Source: Myxococcota bacterium
GTDB lineage: Bacteria > Myxococcota_A > SURF-8
Direction: 5' to 3'
NCBI GenBank assembly: GCA_965140415.1
Contig: OZ223209.1
Location: forward strand, 5,536,001 to 5,600,000
Length of the DNA: 64,000 nt
Positions 52,272 to 61,580 of the stretch are shown piece by piece. Position 1 is the stretch's first letter. Each line of letters starts with the position of its first letter. The notes under the pieces were generated by a model. That model made no database searches. It was given only the letters and a program-made list of their open reading frames with translations, and was not told where the DNA came from. A program made the position numbers and the translations under genes.

Positions 52272-53642
52272 GTGATGAAGCTGGGCTTGAGTGTCGTAGT
52301 TTGGACAATGCTGTTGTCGTTGCTTCTCGTCGGATGCGGCGAAGATTCTGGCGAGGATGATACCAATGGCGATGGCGCTTTCGGTACCGCCTGTTCGATC
52401 AATACCGATTGTGGTTCCGGTTTATGCGCCGTGTTGGGAGCGGGAAACTTCTGTAGCAGCACCTGTGGTTCCGATGCGGACTGCCCCGGTGATGCCTGCT
52501 GCGATACGACAATGTCGTATTGTATGCTACCTGTCATGTGCGACAGCAGCTCTACAGACGGAGACCAGGACAATGTTACAAATCTGTGCACGCAGGATGA
52601 GTATCGCTGCAACGGCGACGATCTACAGCGCTGCAACGCCAACCACGATTGGGAACTGTATCGCGACTGCGCCGAGGAAGGCAAAGTCTGCCAGACCGAT
52701 CAGTGCGTAACCGCCGATGGCGATGGCACCGTCGATGGCGATGGCCTGCCGGTGATCTGCGAAGCGGGTCTGCGTCGCTGCAAAAGCGATTCGGAAGATG
52801 AAATCGTACAACGTTGCAACCTGGAAGGCACGGCCTGGGAAGAATATCTCGTTTGCGATGATGGCGATGAATGCGAAGACGGCCAGTGCGTCGATCATGG
52901 CGAAGCCTGCACCACCGCTGAAGGCTGCACCAATGCGGAGCAATACTGCCTGCCTTCCACCATCGGTGGAACAGCCGGCTATTGCCAGCCTTACTGCGAC
53001 GCCGGTGGCACCTGCCCGCGCGGCTGGGAATGCGACCATGGCGAATGTCAGCCGGTAGACGGCTACTGCAAAAGCGACCACGACTGCGAGATGGACGAAT
53101 TCTGCGACAAGCTGCCCACCGCCGACGATGGCCGCTGCGCCCGCTTCTGCGACTTGCAAGGCGAAAACTGCCCCGTTCTGTACCACTGCGTAGATAACCC
53201 CAGCGATCTCAACTACGGACGTTGCCTGCTCGACGACTCCAGTTGCAGCCAATGCAGCTACGACGGCGAATGCGCCACCGGCATGTATTGCGAACTGGTA
53301 GCCGGTCAAAACGTCGGCTGCTGCCGTCCGCAGTGTAGCGCCAGCAACCCCTGCCCCGGCGCCTTGGTCTGCAACAACGAAGGCCGTTGTGTCGTCGGCA
53401 CCGGACAAGGCGACTGTGGCGGTCAGTGCCCGCCGGGTTACGTCTGCGATCCGAACTTCGATCAGTGCGTACTTAACTGTCCGGCCTGCGGCGAAAACCA
53501 ATGCTGCGACGCCACCAGCGCTCCCAACTGCTACACCTGCGCCTGCCAGAACCCAGCGGTTTGCGGCGTGTTGCTACCACCCTGCTGCTTCGGCTATAAC
53601 TGCTCGGCGATTATTTACGGTGCGATCGGCTACTGCATCTAA
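52272..53642 (+). CDS. Cysteine-rich lipoprotein
   Basis: GGAGG RBS; LVGC lipobox; almost entirely small Cys modules. Confidence 0.85.
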   Translation: MMKLGLSVVVWTMLLSLLLVGCGEDSGEDDTNGDGAFGTACSINTDCGSGLCAVLGAGNFCSSTCGSDADCPGDACCDTTMSYCMLPVMCDSSSTDGDQDNVTNLCTQDEYRCNGDDLQRCNANHDWELYRDCAEEGKVCQTDQCVTADGDGTVDGDGLPVICEAGLRRCKSDSEDEIVQRCNLEGTAWEEYLVCDDGDECEDGQCVDHGEACTTAEGCTNAEQYCLPSTIGGTAGYCQPYCDAGGTCPRGWECDHGECQPVDGYCKSDHDCEMDEFCDKLPTADDGRCARFCDLQGENCPVLYHCVDNPSDLNYGRCLLDDSSCSQCSYDGECATGMYCELVAGQNVGCCRPQCSASNPCPGALVCNNEGRCVVGTGQGDCGGQCPPGYVCDPNFDQCVLNCPACGENQCCDATSAPNCYTCACQNPAVCGVLLPPCCFGYNCSAIIYGAIGYCI

Positions 53643-53681
53643 ATGTCTAGCCGGGATATATCCGGCATCCGGAAAAACCTG

Positions 53682-53714
53682 CGCCCCTTCATGCAAACGT
53701 GAAGGGGCGTTTTT
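53682..53714 (+). terminator. Rho-independent terminator
   Basis: cgccccttca / tgaaggggcg stem followed by a T tract. Confidence 0.85.
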
Positions 53715-53764
53715 ATTTGCGGCAGTGCTAACATATTCGGGTTGGGTGATTTCACCTGACAATT

Positions 53765-53947
53765 TCTTGATGGTTCAAATCAGTAGGATGGGCATTTGCC
53801 ATGCCCATCTTATTCAATGATTGGATCGATGGGCAAAACAATTGCCCATACCTCTTGATGGTTCAAGGCTCTGTCTTGAACCTTGCGTTTTCGGTCGGGG
53901 CTCCTGTCCCGACCACGAAGGCAAACGTCAGGAGCATGACGGGAGCC
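53765..53947. repeat. Cluster of REP-like palindromes
   Basis: Hairpins at 53787-53809 (preceded by GTAG), 53829-53849, 53860-53882, 53893-53914 and one starting at 53931 that is split by the IS. Confidence 0.65.
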
Positions 53948-55253
53948 CACAGCTGTCCCGTTAACTATTGAATAATTCCAACTGCTTACCAAAAGGGATA
54001 TTGGTAGGCAGGGAGGCGTTTGCCTTTAGCACCTGTAAAATGGGGCTTTCCTCGAAAAGCGTGACGCTTAAAATCTGTAGAATCGTCATCAAACTGTGCT
54101 CGAGATTCAGATCCTTTTTCAGAATCGCAACCAACAGATAAACCGTAATCGAAATCCACACTTGTGTCTTTACCGCATTGGCGCTGCGACCGTAAAACGC
54201 CTTGATTCGCAGATTCTGTTTGATCCATTTGAAAAACACTTCGATACTCCACCGCAGCCGGTACAAGTCCGGAATCGTTTCCGAAGAAAGATCAAAGTTG
54301 TTGGTCAGCCAGACAAATCGGGTGTTCGATTCTGGATCGATGTAGTTGATTCGCCGCACATGATCCGGATAGCGTCGAATGGAAGCACGGTCCACGAAGC
54401 TCACGGTCTGATCGGCGCGCAATCCCAAGCTCTTGTCGATGGGGTGTGAATAGATTCGCTTTGTGCTGGTGTTCTTGCTGGCTCTAAGAATGAAGAAGGC
54501 TCCCGCCCGATGGATGCGATGCATGCGTCCGTAATCGACATAACCGCGATCCATGATATAAAATGCGCCCGCTTCCAAAGGCAGAATATCCAGTAAACGC
54601 TTGTCATGGCTCTTGCCGTCCGTAATGGAAATAAAGGCGGGAATCCGTCCGCGAAGGTCCATTTGCGTGTGAAGACGCAATGATCCATTGTATCGCGTGA
54701 ATTTGGCCCATGGAAAAAGCGACAAACTCAAATCAATCGCTGTCGTGTCGAGCGCGTAGGTGGTGGCGTCTAGGTCGACGGCGAGCTTCTCGTCCGCATA
54801 CAGCGCGCGGGCGCGCCGTATCAGGGGCTGAGCGAGATCTGCGTAAATGCGCCAGTCGCGTTTTTCATTCGCTCTGGCCAGTGTGTTGCGAGAGACTTTT
54901 CCACGCAGACCCATGTGATAAAGTTTCAGCTGAATAGCCCGCAAGGTCGCTTCAATATCGCGCAGGCTTTCGCGGTAGGCCAGCTGGGCAAATGCCATGC
55001 AAATGAATTGATCCATACAGGAAAAGGTACGAATGCGCTTGTTCCCCTGATAGCGATTGACACAACGGCGGAAATGGCGATCCGGCAAATAGTCGAGCAC
55101 TTGCGAAAAGACAGTCTGTGTCATTTTGATCTCCTGCATTTCTTGACTATTCGAAATGCAGAAAAACTATCGCGGACACCTGATAATCACAAATTCAATC
55201 TGTAATAATAAGTAGTTGTAGCGCTGAACCTGGAAGTTAGCGGGACAGCTGTG
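53948..55253 (-). mobile_element. IS4-family insertion sequence, 1306 bp
   Basis: 19-bp TIR CACAGCTGTCCCG(T/C)TAACT with one mismatch; 10-bp direct repeat GACGGGAGCC at 53938-53947 and 55254-55263. Confidence 0.95.
53961..55139 (-). CDS. IS4 family transposase (DUF4372 + DDE)
   Basis: SLRDIE, LDTT, MDRGY, YRLRWSIEVFFKWIKQ (YREK motif). Confidence 0.95.
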   Translation of the reverse strand: MQEIKMTQTVFSQVLDYLPDRHFRRCVNRYQGNKRIRTFSCMDQFICMAFAQLAYRESLRDIEATLRAIQLKLYHMGLRGKVSRNTLARANEKRDWRIYADLAQPLIRRARALYADEKLAVDLDATTYALDTTAIDLSLSLFPWAKFTRYNGSLRLHTQMDLRGRIPAFISITDGKSHDKRLLDILPLEAGAFYIMDRGYVDYGRMHRIHRAGAFFILRASKNTSTKRIYSHPIDKSLGLRADQTVSFVDRASIRRYPDHVRRINYIDPESNTRFVWLTNNFDLSSETIPDLYRLRWSIEVFFKWIKQNLRIKAFYGRSANAVKTQVWISITVYLLVAILKKDLNLEHSLMTILQILSVTLFEESPILQVLKANASLPTNIPFGKQLELFNS

Positions 55254-55296
55254 GACGGGAGCCATGCTCCAACGTTAGAAACGGATTGCAAACGCC

Positions 55297-56145
55297 CTAT
55301 CCCTTAACTCCTCCGGCGGTCAGACCGCCAACCAGATGTTTTTGCAGCGCGAAGAACAGCGCCATGACCGGCAGCGAAACAATGATCGCCCCGGCGGCAA
55401 AGCGGCCCCACTCCGTGGAATAATCCCCGACGTAGCGTTGTAGAGCGACCGGCAGGGTAAAGGCCTTCTCGTCGCTTAAAAACGTGGCGGCCAGAATGAA
55501 CTCGTTCCAGGCAGTCATAAAGGAAAAGAGCGCCGTCACCACAACCGCCGGTTTGGTCAGCGGCATGACGATCGTTAAAAAGATACGCAGATGCCCCGCG
55601 CCATCCATCACCGCCGCCTCTTCCAGATCCTTGGGAATGGTATCGATATAGCCTTTCAGCATCCAGACGCAGAAAGGAATGGCGGTGGTGGCATACACCA
55701 GGGTCAACCCGGCCATCGAATCGAGCAGGTGCAGCTTGTTTAGCAGGATATACAATGGAATCGCCATCACGACACCGGGGAACATCTGCGTGATCAGCAA
55801 CAGGTTCAACCCGACATTACGCCCCGGAAAGACGAAGCGCGAAAAGGCGTAGGCGGCGGGAGTCGCCAAAAAGATCCCCAATAAGGTCGTCGCAGCCGCG
55901 ACCAGCACGCTGTTCCAGAGCCAGTGACCGAACAGCCAGCTTCCGTCTCTGGCGGTTTGAGAGACCACTTCCATCAGGTTCTGCGAACTGACGCTCTCCG
56001 GTATCGGCGACAGGGAGAGCGAAAACGCCTGCGAGGGCGTCAGCGCCATCTTGATCACCCAAAGCACCGGATACAGTGTAACCGCGCAGATCACGATCAG
56101 CAGCAGGTTTAACAGGATGGCTTTTACAAGTGACGGTCTGTTCAT
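55297..56145 (-). CDS. malG: Maltodextrin ABC transporter permease, MalG-like
   Basis: QMFPG, IPKDLEEAAVMDGA (EAA motif), WNEF, GLTAGGVKG. Confidence 0.85.
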   Translation of the reverse strand: MNRPSLVKAILLNLLLIVICAVTLYPVLWVIKMALTPSQAFSLSLSPIPESVSSQNLMEVVSQTARDGSWLFGHWLWNSVLVAAATTLLGIFLATPAAYAFSRFVFPGRNVGLNLLLITQMFPGVVMAIPLYILLNKLHLLDSMAGLTLVYATTAIPFCVWMLKGYIDTIPKDLEEAAVMDGAGHLRIFLTIVMPLTKPAVVVTALFSFMTAWNEFILAATFLSDEKAFTLPVALQRYVGDYSTEWGRFAAGAIIVSLPVMALFFALQKHLVGGLTAGGVKG

Positions 56146-56146
56146 C

Positions 56147-58504
56147 TTACACCTCCTTGGCCCCGACCAGTCGGCGCGTGAGGCTCGAATAGGTCAGCAG
56201 CACCAGGAATATCAACGTAGCGTAGGCAGCAGCATAGCCGTACTGTTCCTGCCGCGTAAAGGCCCAGCGATACGCTTCCGTAATCAGGATTTCGGTGGCT
56301 CCGTCCGGTTCGCCGCCACTGACCAGATAGATGATATTGAACATGTTGAAGGTCCACACGCTGCCCAGAATCACCGCAGGCAATAGCGCCGGTTTCAATA
56401 GCGGCAGGGTAATGCGGAAAAAGCGGGTAATGCGCCCTGCACCGTCGATTTCCGCCGCTTCCTCCAGATCGCGAGGGATGGCCTGTAACGCGCCCAGGGT
56501 AACAACCATCATAAAGGGGAAGCCCAGCCAGGTGTTGGTGGCGACATTGGCCGCAAAGCTGGTCCAGAAATGCGAGAACCAGCTCACCGGTTGGATGTCC
56601 AGCCCGAAGCAGTCTCCCGCACTCACGATCAGGGCATTGATCGCCCCGAACTGCTTATGGAACATGCCTTTCCAGATCAGCGCGGTGATGTAGTTGGGCA
56701 CCGCCCAGGGTACGATCAACAGCACGCGATAGACGCCGCGCAGCCGCATCCAGGGATCGCGCAACAATAGCGCCAGCATCAGCCCCACCGAAACATGCAG
56801 AAAAACGTTTACTGCCGTCCACATCACTGTCACGCCAAGTGTGAAATAGAAAGAGAGCGGATCGTCGATGGCGTAATCGCTGCTGGAGATGATGTTGAAG
56901 AAATTGGCCAGCCCCACAAACGTAAAGCTGCCTTCGCGATGAGCGAAAAAGGCCACCGCCGTTCCGACGATGAAGGGCACGAAGACCAGCAGCAACAGGC
57001 TCACGGCCATCGGCAGCAAATACAGATAGGCCGCGCGTCCTCGCCAGAAACGAGCGAAGCCGCCCGCACGTATAAAGCTTAAGATCCAAAAGAGCAGACC
57101 CAACGCGATCAGCGCCGCCAGGGCGTGCAAATAGGGGCGCGCATCTTCCTGCTGCGGTTTGGGGCGCGTAAGCACGCGCAGACGAGCCTGGGCCGTTTGC
57201 AAAGCTTCTGTAGCCGTACTCGCTCCGCGTAACGTCTTTCGCAACGCCTGCGCCGCCGGTTCCCAGACGGCGCGCATCATCGGATTATTGGGCATCGGTG
57301 CGCTTTGATCGGCCATCTTCATGAAGCCGATCAGCATCTCATCCGATCCGGCTGCGATCACCTTGTCAACCACTGCCCGATCCGCCACCGCCTGTCGTCC
57401 GACTTCCGCCCGCACACGCGCACCCTCGCCCAACGCAAGATACCGCGCCACTTCAATGGCGGTCTGTTTGTTGGTGGAGTAGGTCGAAAGCAGCGCAGCT
57501 TCCACCGTCAGAAAAGGCTTGGCCCGCTTTCCAGTGGTCGAAACAATCGGCAAAGCTGCGATGCCGACATTCAGTTTCTCATCCAGCTCCCCCAAAAACC
57601 AGGGACCGTTGATCACCATGGCGGCCTTAGAGCTATTGAACAATTCCGTAACGAGTGCGCCGCTGGCTTCTTCCGGGATCAACCCCTCTTTGGTCAGTCG
57701 CGCCACAAACGCAAAGGAATCCGCGTTGGCGGGGGTATCCAGGCGGATGGAACCATCATAGCGGAACAGGCTGCCGCCAAAACCGAACAACCAGGGGGCA
57801 TGATGATAAAAACTGCCCGACTCATACGCCAGACCGTAGCGCCCGGCTCGTTTTTGCTTTTGCAGAAAGAGCCGCAACTCGCGTGTATCTTGGGGTAGAT
57901 CGATCACGCGATGACAGATGCGCTGCACTTCGGCTTTTTTGGCCTTGGTTTTCTTTGCCTTGCCTCTTCTCTTGTCTTTCTTCTTGCCCTTGCGCGGATT
58001 CGCTTCTGTCACCGCTTCCGGTTCGACGATCGTGCACTGCTCGTGCGAATCCATCAGATCCTTGTTGTAAAGTAGCGCCAACGATTTAAACGCCAGCGGC
58101 CAGCCATACAATTTACCCTCGACCGTCAGAGGATCGAGCGTCTGAGAAACGAAGGCTTGCCGCTCTTGCAATGATAACGTCACGGTATCGATCAGTCCCG
58201 AGCGCGACCAGTCTCCCACACGCTCGTGCGCAAAGATGAACAGGTCCGGTCCGTTGCCGTTGGGAATGGCGGAACTGAGCTTATTGGCATAGGCTTCATA
58301 GGGAATGGCCAGCAGTTCGATTTCACGATCCAGGTAGCGGTCGTTCCACTTGCGCGCAAGCTGTTCCAGCGCCTGCCGCTCCTCGCCCCGGTAGCTATGC
58401 CATACAACCACCGGTTCGGCCTGCGCCAGACTGCAAAGCAGCAGCAAAAGCAGCACAGCAAGCGCAGTGCATCCCATCAATCTCGAAGCCCAGCGCCTAG
58501 GCAT
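56147..58504 (-). CDS. Fused sugar-binding protein and permease (MalE-MalF-like)
   Basis: Signal peptide, GPDLFIFAHE, INGPW, PMPN in the N half; VPWAVP, WLGFPFMM, LEEAAEIDGA in the C half; one uninterrupted frame. Confidence 0.88.
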   Translation of the reverse strand: MPRRWASRLMGCTALAVLLLLLLCSLAQAEPVVVWHSYRGEERQALEQLARKWNDRYLDREIELLAIPYEAYANKLSSAIPNGNGPDLFIFAHERVGDWSRSGLIDTVTLSLQERQAFVSQTLDPLTVEGKLYGWPLAFKSLALLYNKDLMDSHEQCTIVEPEAVTEANPRKGKKKDKRRGKAKKTKAKKAEVQRICHRVIDLPQDTRELRLFLQKQKRAGRYGLAYESGSFYHHAPWLFGFGGSLFRYDGSIRLDTPANADSFAFVARLTKEGLIPEEASGALVTELFNSSKAAMVINGPWFLGELDEKLNVGIAALPIVSTTGKRAKPFLTVEAALLSTYSTNKQTAIEVARYLALGEGARVRAEVGRQAVADRAVVDKVIAAGSDEMLIGFMKMADQSAPMPNNPMMRAVWEPAAQALRKTLRGASTATEALQTAQARLRVLTRPKPQQEDARPYLHALAALIALGLLFWILSFIRAGGFARFWRGRAAYLYLLPMAVSLLLLVFVPFIVGTAVAFFAHREGSFTFVGLANFFNIISSSDYAIDDPLSFYFTLGVTVMWTAVNVFLHVSVGLMLALLLRDPWMRLRGVYRVLLIVPWAVPNYITALIWKGMFHKQFGAINALIVSAGDCFGLDIQPVSWFSHFWTSFAANVATNTWLGFPFMMVVTLGALQAIPRDLEEAAEIDGAGRITRFFRITLPLLKPALLPAVILGSVWTFNMFNIIYLVSGGEPDGATEILITEAYRWAFTRQEQYGYAAAYATLIFLVLLTYSSLTRRLVGAKEV

Positions 58505-59606
58505 GTTCGCCTCCGTTTTCGGGACGCAGAGCCTTACCGCTGTCCGGGTCGAACAGATGTACTACGTCGGGATCGACTTGGAAACTGACGCGCTTCTGTC
58601 CGGCAATCTCGCCCGCCTCATCGGCAGGTAGCTGCGCCACGACGGGATTGGAACCCATTTCGGCATGAACCAGCATTTCCCAACCCAATGGCTCGGTCAC
58701 ACTCACCGTCGCCACCATGACGCCGGGGAAATCGCCGGAAAACTTCAGATCGTGCGGACGCACACCCACGATCACGTTAGTGGGCAGCGGCGAAAGCTGC
58801 GCGTAGCTTTTCGGCAACAGCAGTTCAAAGCCGGGACCGCTTACCAGCGGCGTCTCTTCGATGCGGAACACGCCCTCGAAAAAGTTCATTTGCGGCGATC
58901 CGATAAACGACGCTACAAAGCGATTGGCCGGGCGGTCGAACAGTTCCTGCGGCGTTCCGACCTGCTGCAACACACCACTCTCCAATACCGCGATGCGATC
59001 CGCAAGGGTCATCGCCTCCACCTGGTCGTGGGTGACGTAAATCATGGTCGACTGCAAACGCTGGTGCAGCTTCTTCAATTCAAGCCGCATGCGTGTGCGC
59101 AAGGAGGCGTCAAGGTTAGACAGCGGCTCGTCGAAAAGAAACACCTTCGGGTTGCGCACGATGGCGCGCCCCATGGCCACGCGCTGGCGCTGGCCGCCGG
59201 AAAGCTGCTTGGGCAACCGATCCAATAGCGGCGAAAGATCCAGTAACCCGGCCACTTCCTCCACGCGCTTTTTGATCTCCGCCTTCTTTACGCGCCGCAC
59301 CGAAAGCGAAAAACCCATATTCTCGCGCACCGTCATGTGCGGATACAACGCATAGCTTTGAAAAACCATGGCGCAGTCGCGATCCTTGGGACGCAGACGG
59401 TTGACCACCCGTCCGTCGATGCGCAGACTGCCGCTGGTAATGTCCTCCAGCCCCGCGATGCAGCGCAGTAGGGTGGACTTGCCGCAACCGCTGGGACCGA
59501 CGAGCACCATGAATTCGCCATCGGCGATGTCCAGTTCGATTCCCTTTAGAATGTGGACTTTGCCGTCGTATACTTTTTCGATTCGCTGCAATCCGAGTTT
59601 CGCCAT
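58497..59606 (-). CDS. malK: Sugar ABC transporter ATP-binding protein (MalK/MsmX/UgpC family)
   Basis: GPSGCGKST, FQSYALYPH, LSGGQRQR, DEPLSNLD, VTHDQ. Confidence 0.92.
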   Translation of the reverse strand: MAKLGLQRIEKVYDGKVHILKGIELDIADGEFMVLVGPSGCGKSTLLRCIAGLEDITSGSLRIDGRVVNRLRPKDRDCAMVFQSYALYPHMTVRENMGFSLSVRRVKKAEIKKRVEEVAGLLDLSPLLDRLPKQLSGGQRQRVAMGRAIVRNPKVFLFDEPLSNLDASLRTRMRLELKKLHQRLQSTMIYVTHDQVEAMTLADRIAVLESGVLQQVGTPQELFDRPANRFVASFIGSPQMNFFEGVFRIEETPLVSGPGFELLLPKSYAQLSPLPTNVIVGVRPHDLKFSGDFPGVMVATVSVTEPLGWEMLVHAEMGSNPVVAQLPADEAGEIAGQKRVSFQVDPDVVHLFDPDSGKALRPENGGEHA

Positions 59607-59612
59607 GGTCCG

Positions 59613-61580
59613 CTACCTCGCGATAAAGATCTTGCCGCTAAACGCAGGAAGTACAATGCTCACGCTACCGCCCGCTCCTACCGTCACCTGCTCGCCGGAA
59701 GAGTTGAACACATCCGTCAACGTCGTTCCGGCAGCAAAGCCGGTGGACATATCGTTGCCGTTGCCGTCGGTGGTGCTGGAGGCTTTCGTCTGCGATGTGT
59801 TGATCACCACCAGCGCGCGCTCACCGCTCGTCATGACGCGCTCGAACGCATAGATGCCGGCGTCGATTTCGTCGCCGGTGTGATCGGTCGTCCAGCGAAT
59901 GTCCAACTCGCCGTACATCAACGGCTTATGCGCCTTGCGCAGCGCAATCAATTTCTGAATGTGCTTGAACGTCGTGCCGTCCGTGGCATAACCGGTCGTC
60001 CACATGTCCTCGCGGTTTGCCGGATCGTTGCCGCCGTTGAAGTCCTGCTCGGTGCCGTAGTAGATGCAGGGGATGCCGTCGGTGGTTAAAATGTAGAACA
60101 ACGCCAGCCGCAAGCCGTCGGGATCGTCGTATTCGTACAGGTAGCGCGACAGATCGTGGTTATCCAAAAAACTCACCAGCAGTTGCTGGGGAACCAGCGG
60201 CGTATTGTCGTAGCCTAGCGGCCCGTCGGTATGCGGCTGATCCGAATAATTGCTTACCCGTTCGTCATACAGCCATTGGAACTGGCTGGTTGCTCCACCG
60301 TATTTGAAGACCGAATCGATCACGTACTTCTGGCTGAAATAGAACACGCCATCTACGCTGTCGTTATAGGTATAGCTGCCCAGAAGCGGATCGTAGCCGT
60401 CGAAGACTTCGCCGAACATGTAGAAATTATCCTTGCCCAGTTGTTTGGCGCGCTGGCGCATGGCGGGGCAGAACTGCTCGAAAAACTCGTGCTCGACGTG
60501 CTTCAATGTGTCGATGCGGAAGCCATCCAAATCCGCCGCTTCAATCCAATAAGCGAAGACATCGATCAGCGCCTGGCGCACTTCCGGCAAGGTGGTTTTG
60601 ATATCCTTCAGCCCGCCGGGAAAATCTCCCAGAGTTTCCTGCTGCCTCACGTAACTCCAACAGGCCTCGTAAGAGCGCCACTCGCCGCCTTTGGTTGCGA
60701 TGAATTCCTCCTGCTCCTCGCAAGGTTTGTTGGCTGCCAGTTTGGCGTCGCAGACGTCATCGGGCACTGAAACTTTTCCGGCAGCGATACAAGCCTCCAT
60801 TTCGCGCCCCCAGACCGTCACCCGGCCCTTGCGGTTATACCAGTCGGGATTCTGGAACACTTCCGGAATCGGTGGTGTGCGGGAAATAGACGGCATATTC
60901 ACAAAACGTACGGGAGCCAGTCCGCTCGGTCCCAAGGAGGTAAACGACTGGATGCCGTCTTCATTGTAGTCGGGGTCCCATTCGGTCACGCGCTTCAAAT
61001 CCGAACTGCTGCCCGAGCCTTCCAGCCACTCGTCGGGCTGTCCGTTTTTATTGATATCGTAATAGAAAAGCTGGCCGACGTGATTGACCACCACATCCAA
61101 AATGATTTTGATGCCGCGCTCGTGGCAAGCATTGGACAACTCCCGCAACTTCGCCAGATCGCCGAAGTGCGGGTTGGTGCTTACAAAATCCTGCGTCCAG
61201 TAACCATGATAGGCACTGAAACCGGCGTCCTCATCCACGTTCTTGACAACCGGGGAAATCCACAAGGCGGTCACGCCCAGTTGCTCGATATAGTCGAGTT
61301 TGTCGATCAGCCCCTGCCAGTCGCCGCCGTGCCAGCCGCCCGGATTGCTTGAGTCCACGTTGACATCGTTGGAAAGATCGCCATTGGCGAAACGGTCGAT
61401 CATCACCTGGTAAATCACCTCTTCGCGCCAGTCGGTAACGTGCGAACCGATTTTCCAGTCGCCGTCGACCGGGGCCGTATCCACACAGGAAACGAGCAGC
61501 AACAGCAACAATCCGACCGGTAGAATCGGCGCAAAAACAAGATGACCTTTTTTTCGATTTATCCTCATCATCGCCCCCAT
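59613..61580 (-). CDS. GH13 alpha-amylase family lipoprotein
   Basis: LVSC lipobox; YHGYW, DVVVNH, DGFRIDTLKH, GEVF, FLDNHD. Confidence 0.92.
   Translation of the reverse strand: MGAMMRINRKKGHLVFAPILPVGLLLLLLVSCVDTAPVDGDWKIGSHVTDWREEVIYQVMIDRFANGDLSNDVNVDSSNPGGWHGGDWQGLIDKLDYIEQLGVTALWISPVVKNVDEDAGFSAYHGYWTQDFVSTNPHFGDLAKLRELSNACHERGIKIILDVVVNHVGQLFYYDINKNGQPDEWLEGSGSSSDLKRVTEWDPDYNEDGIQSFTSLGPSGLAPVRFVNMPSISRTPPIPEVFQNPDWYNRKGRVTVWGREMEACIAAGKVSVPDDVCDAKLAANKPCEEQEEFIATKGGEWRSYEACWSYVRQQETLGDFPGGLKDIKTTLPEVRQALIDVFAYWIEAADLDGFRIDTLKHVEHEFFEQFCPAMRQRAKQLGKDNFYMFGEVFDGYDPLLGSYTYNDSVDGVFYFSQKYVIDSVFKYGGATSQFQWLYDERVSNYSDQPHTDGPLGYDNTPLVPQQLLVSFLDNHDLSRYLYEYDDPDGLRLALFYILTTDGIPCIYYGTEQDFNGGNDPANREDMWTTGYATDGTTFKHIQKLIALRKAHKPLMYGELDIRWTTDHTGDEIDAGIYAFERVMTSGERALVVINTSQTKASSTTDGNGNDMSTGFAAGTTLTDVFNSSGEQVTVGAGGSVSIVLPAFSGKIFIAR

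Noticed and set aside
52623-53501. 292-aa - strand ORF
   Set aside because: Antisense shadow of the Cys-rich lipoprotein.
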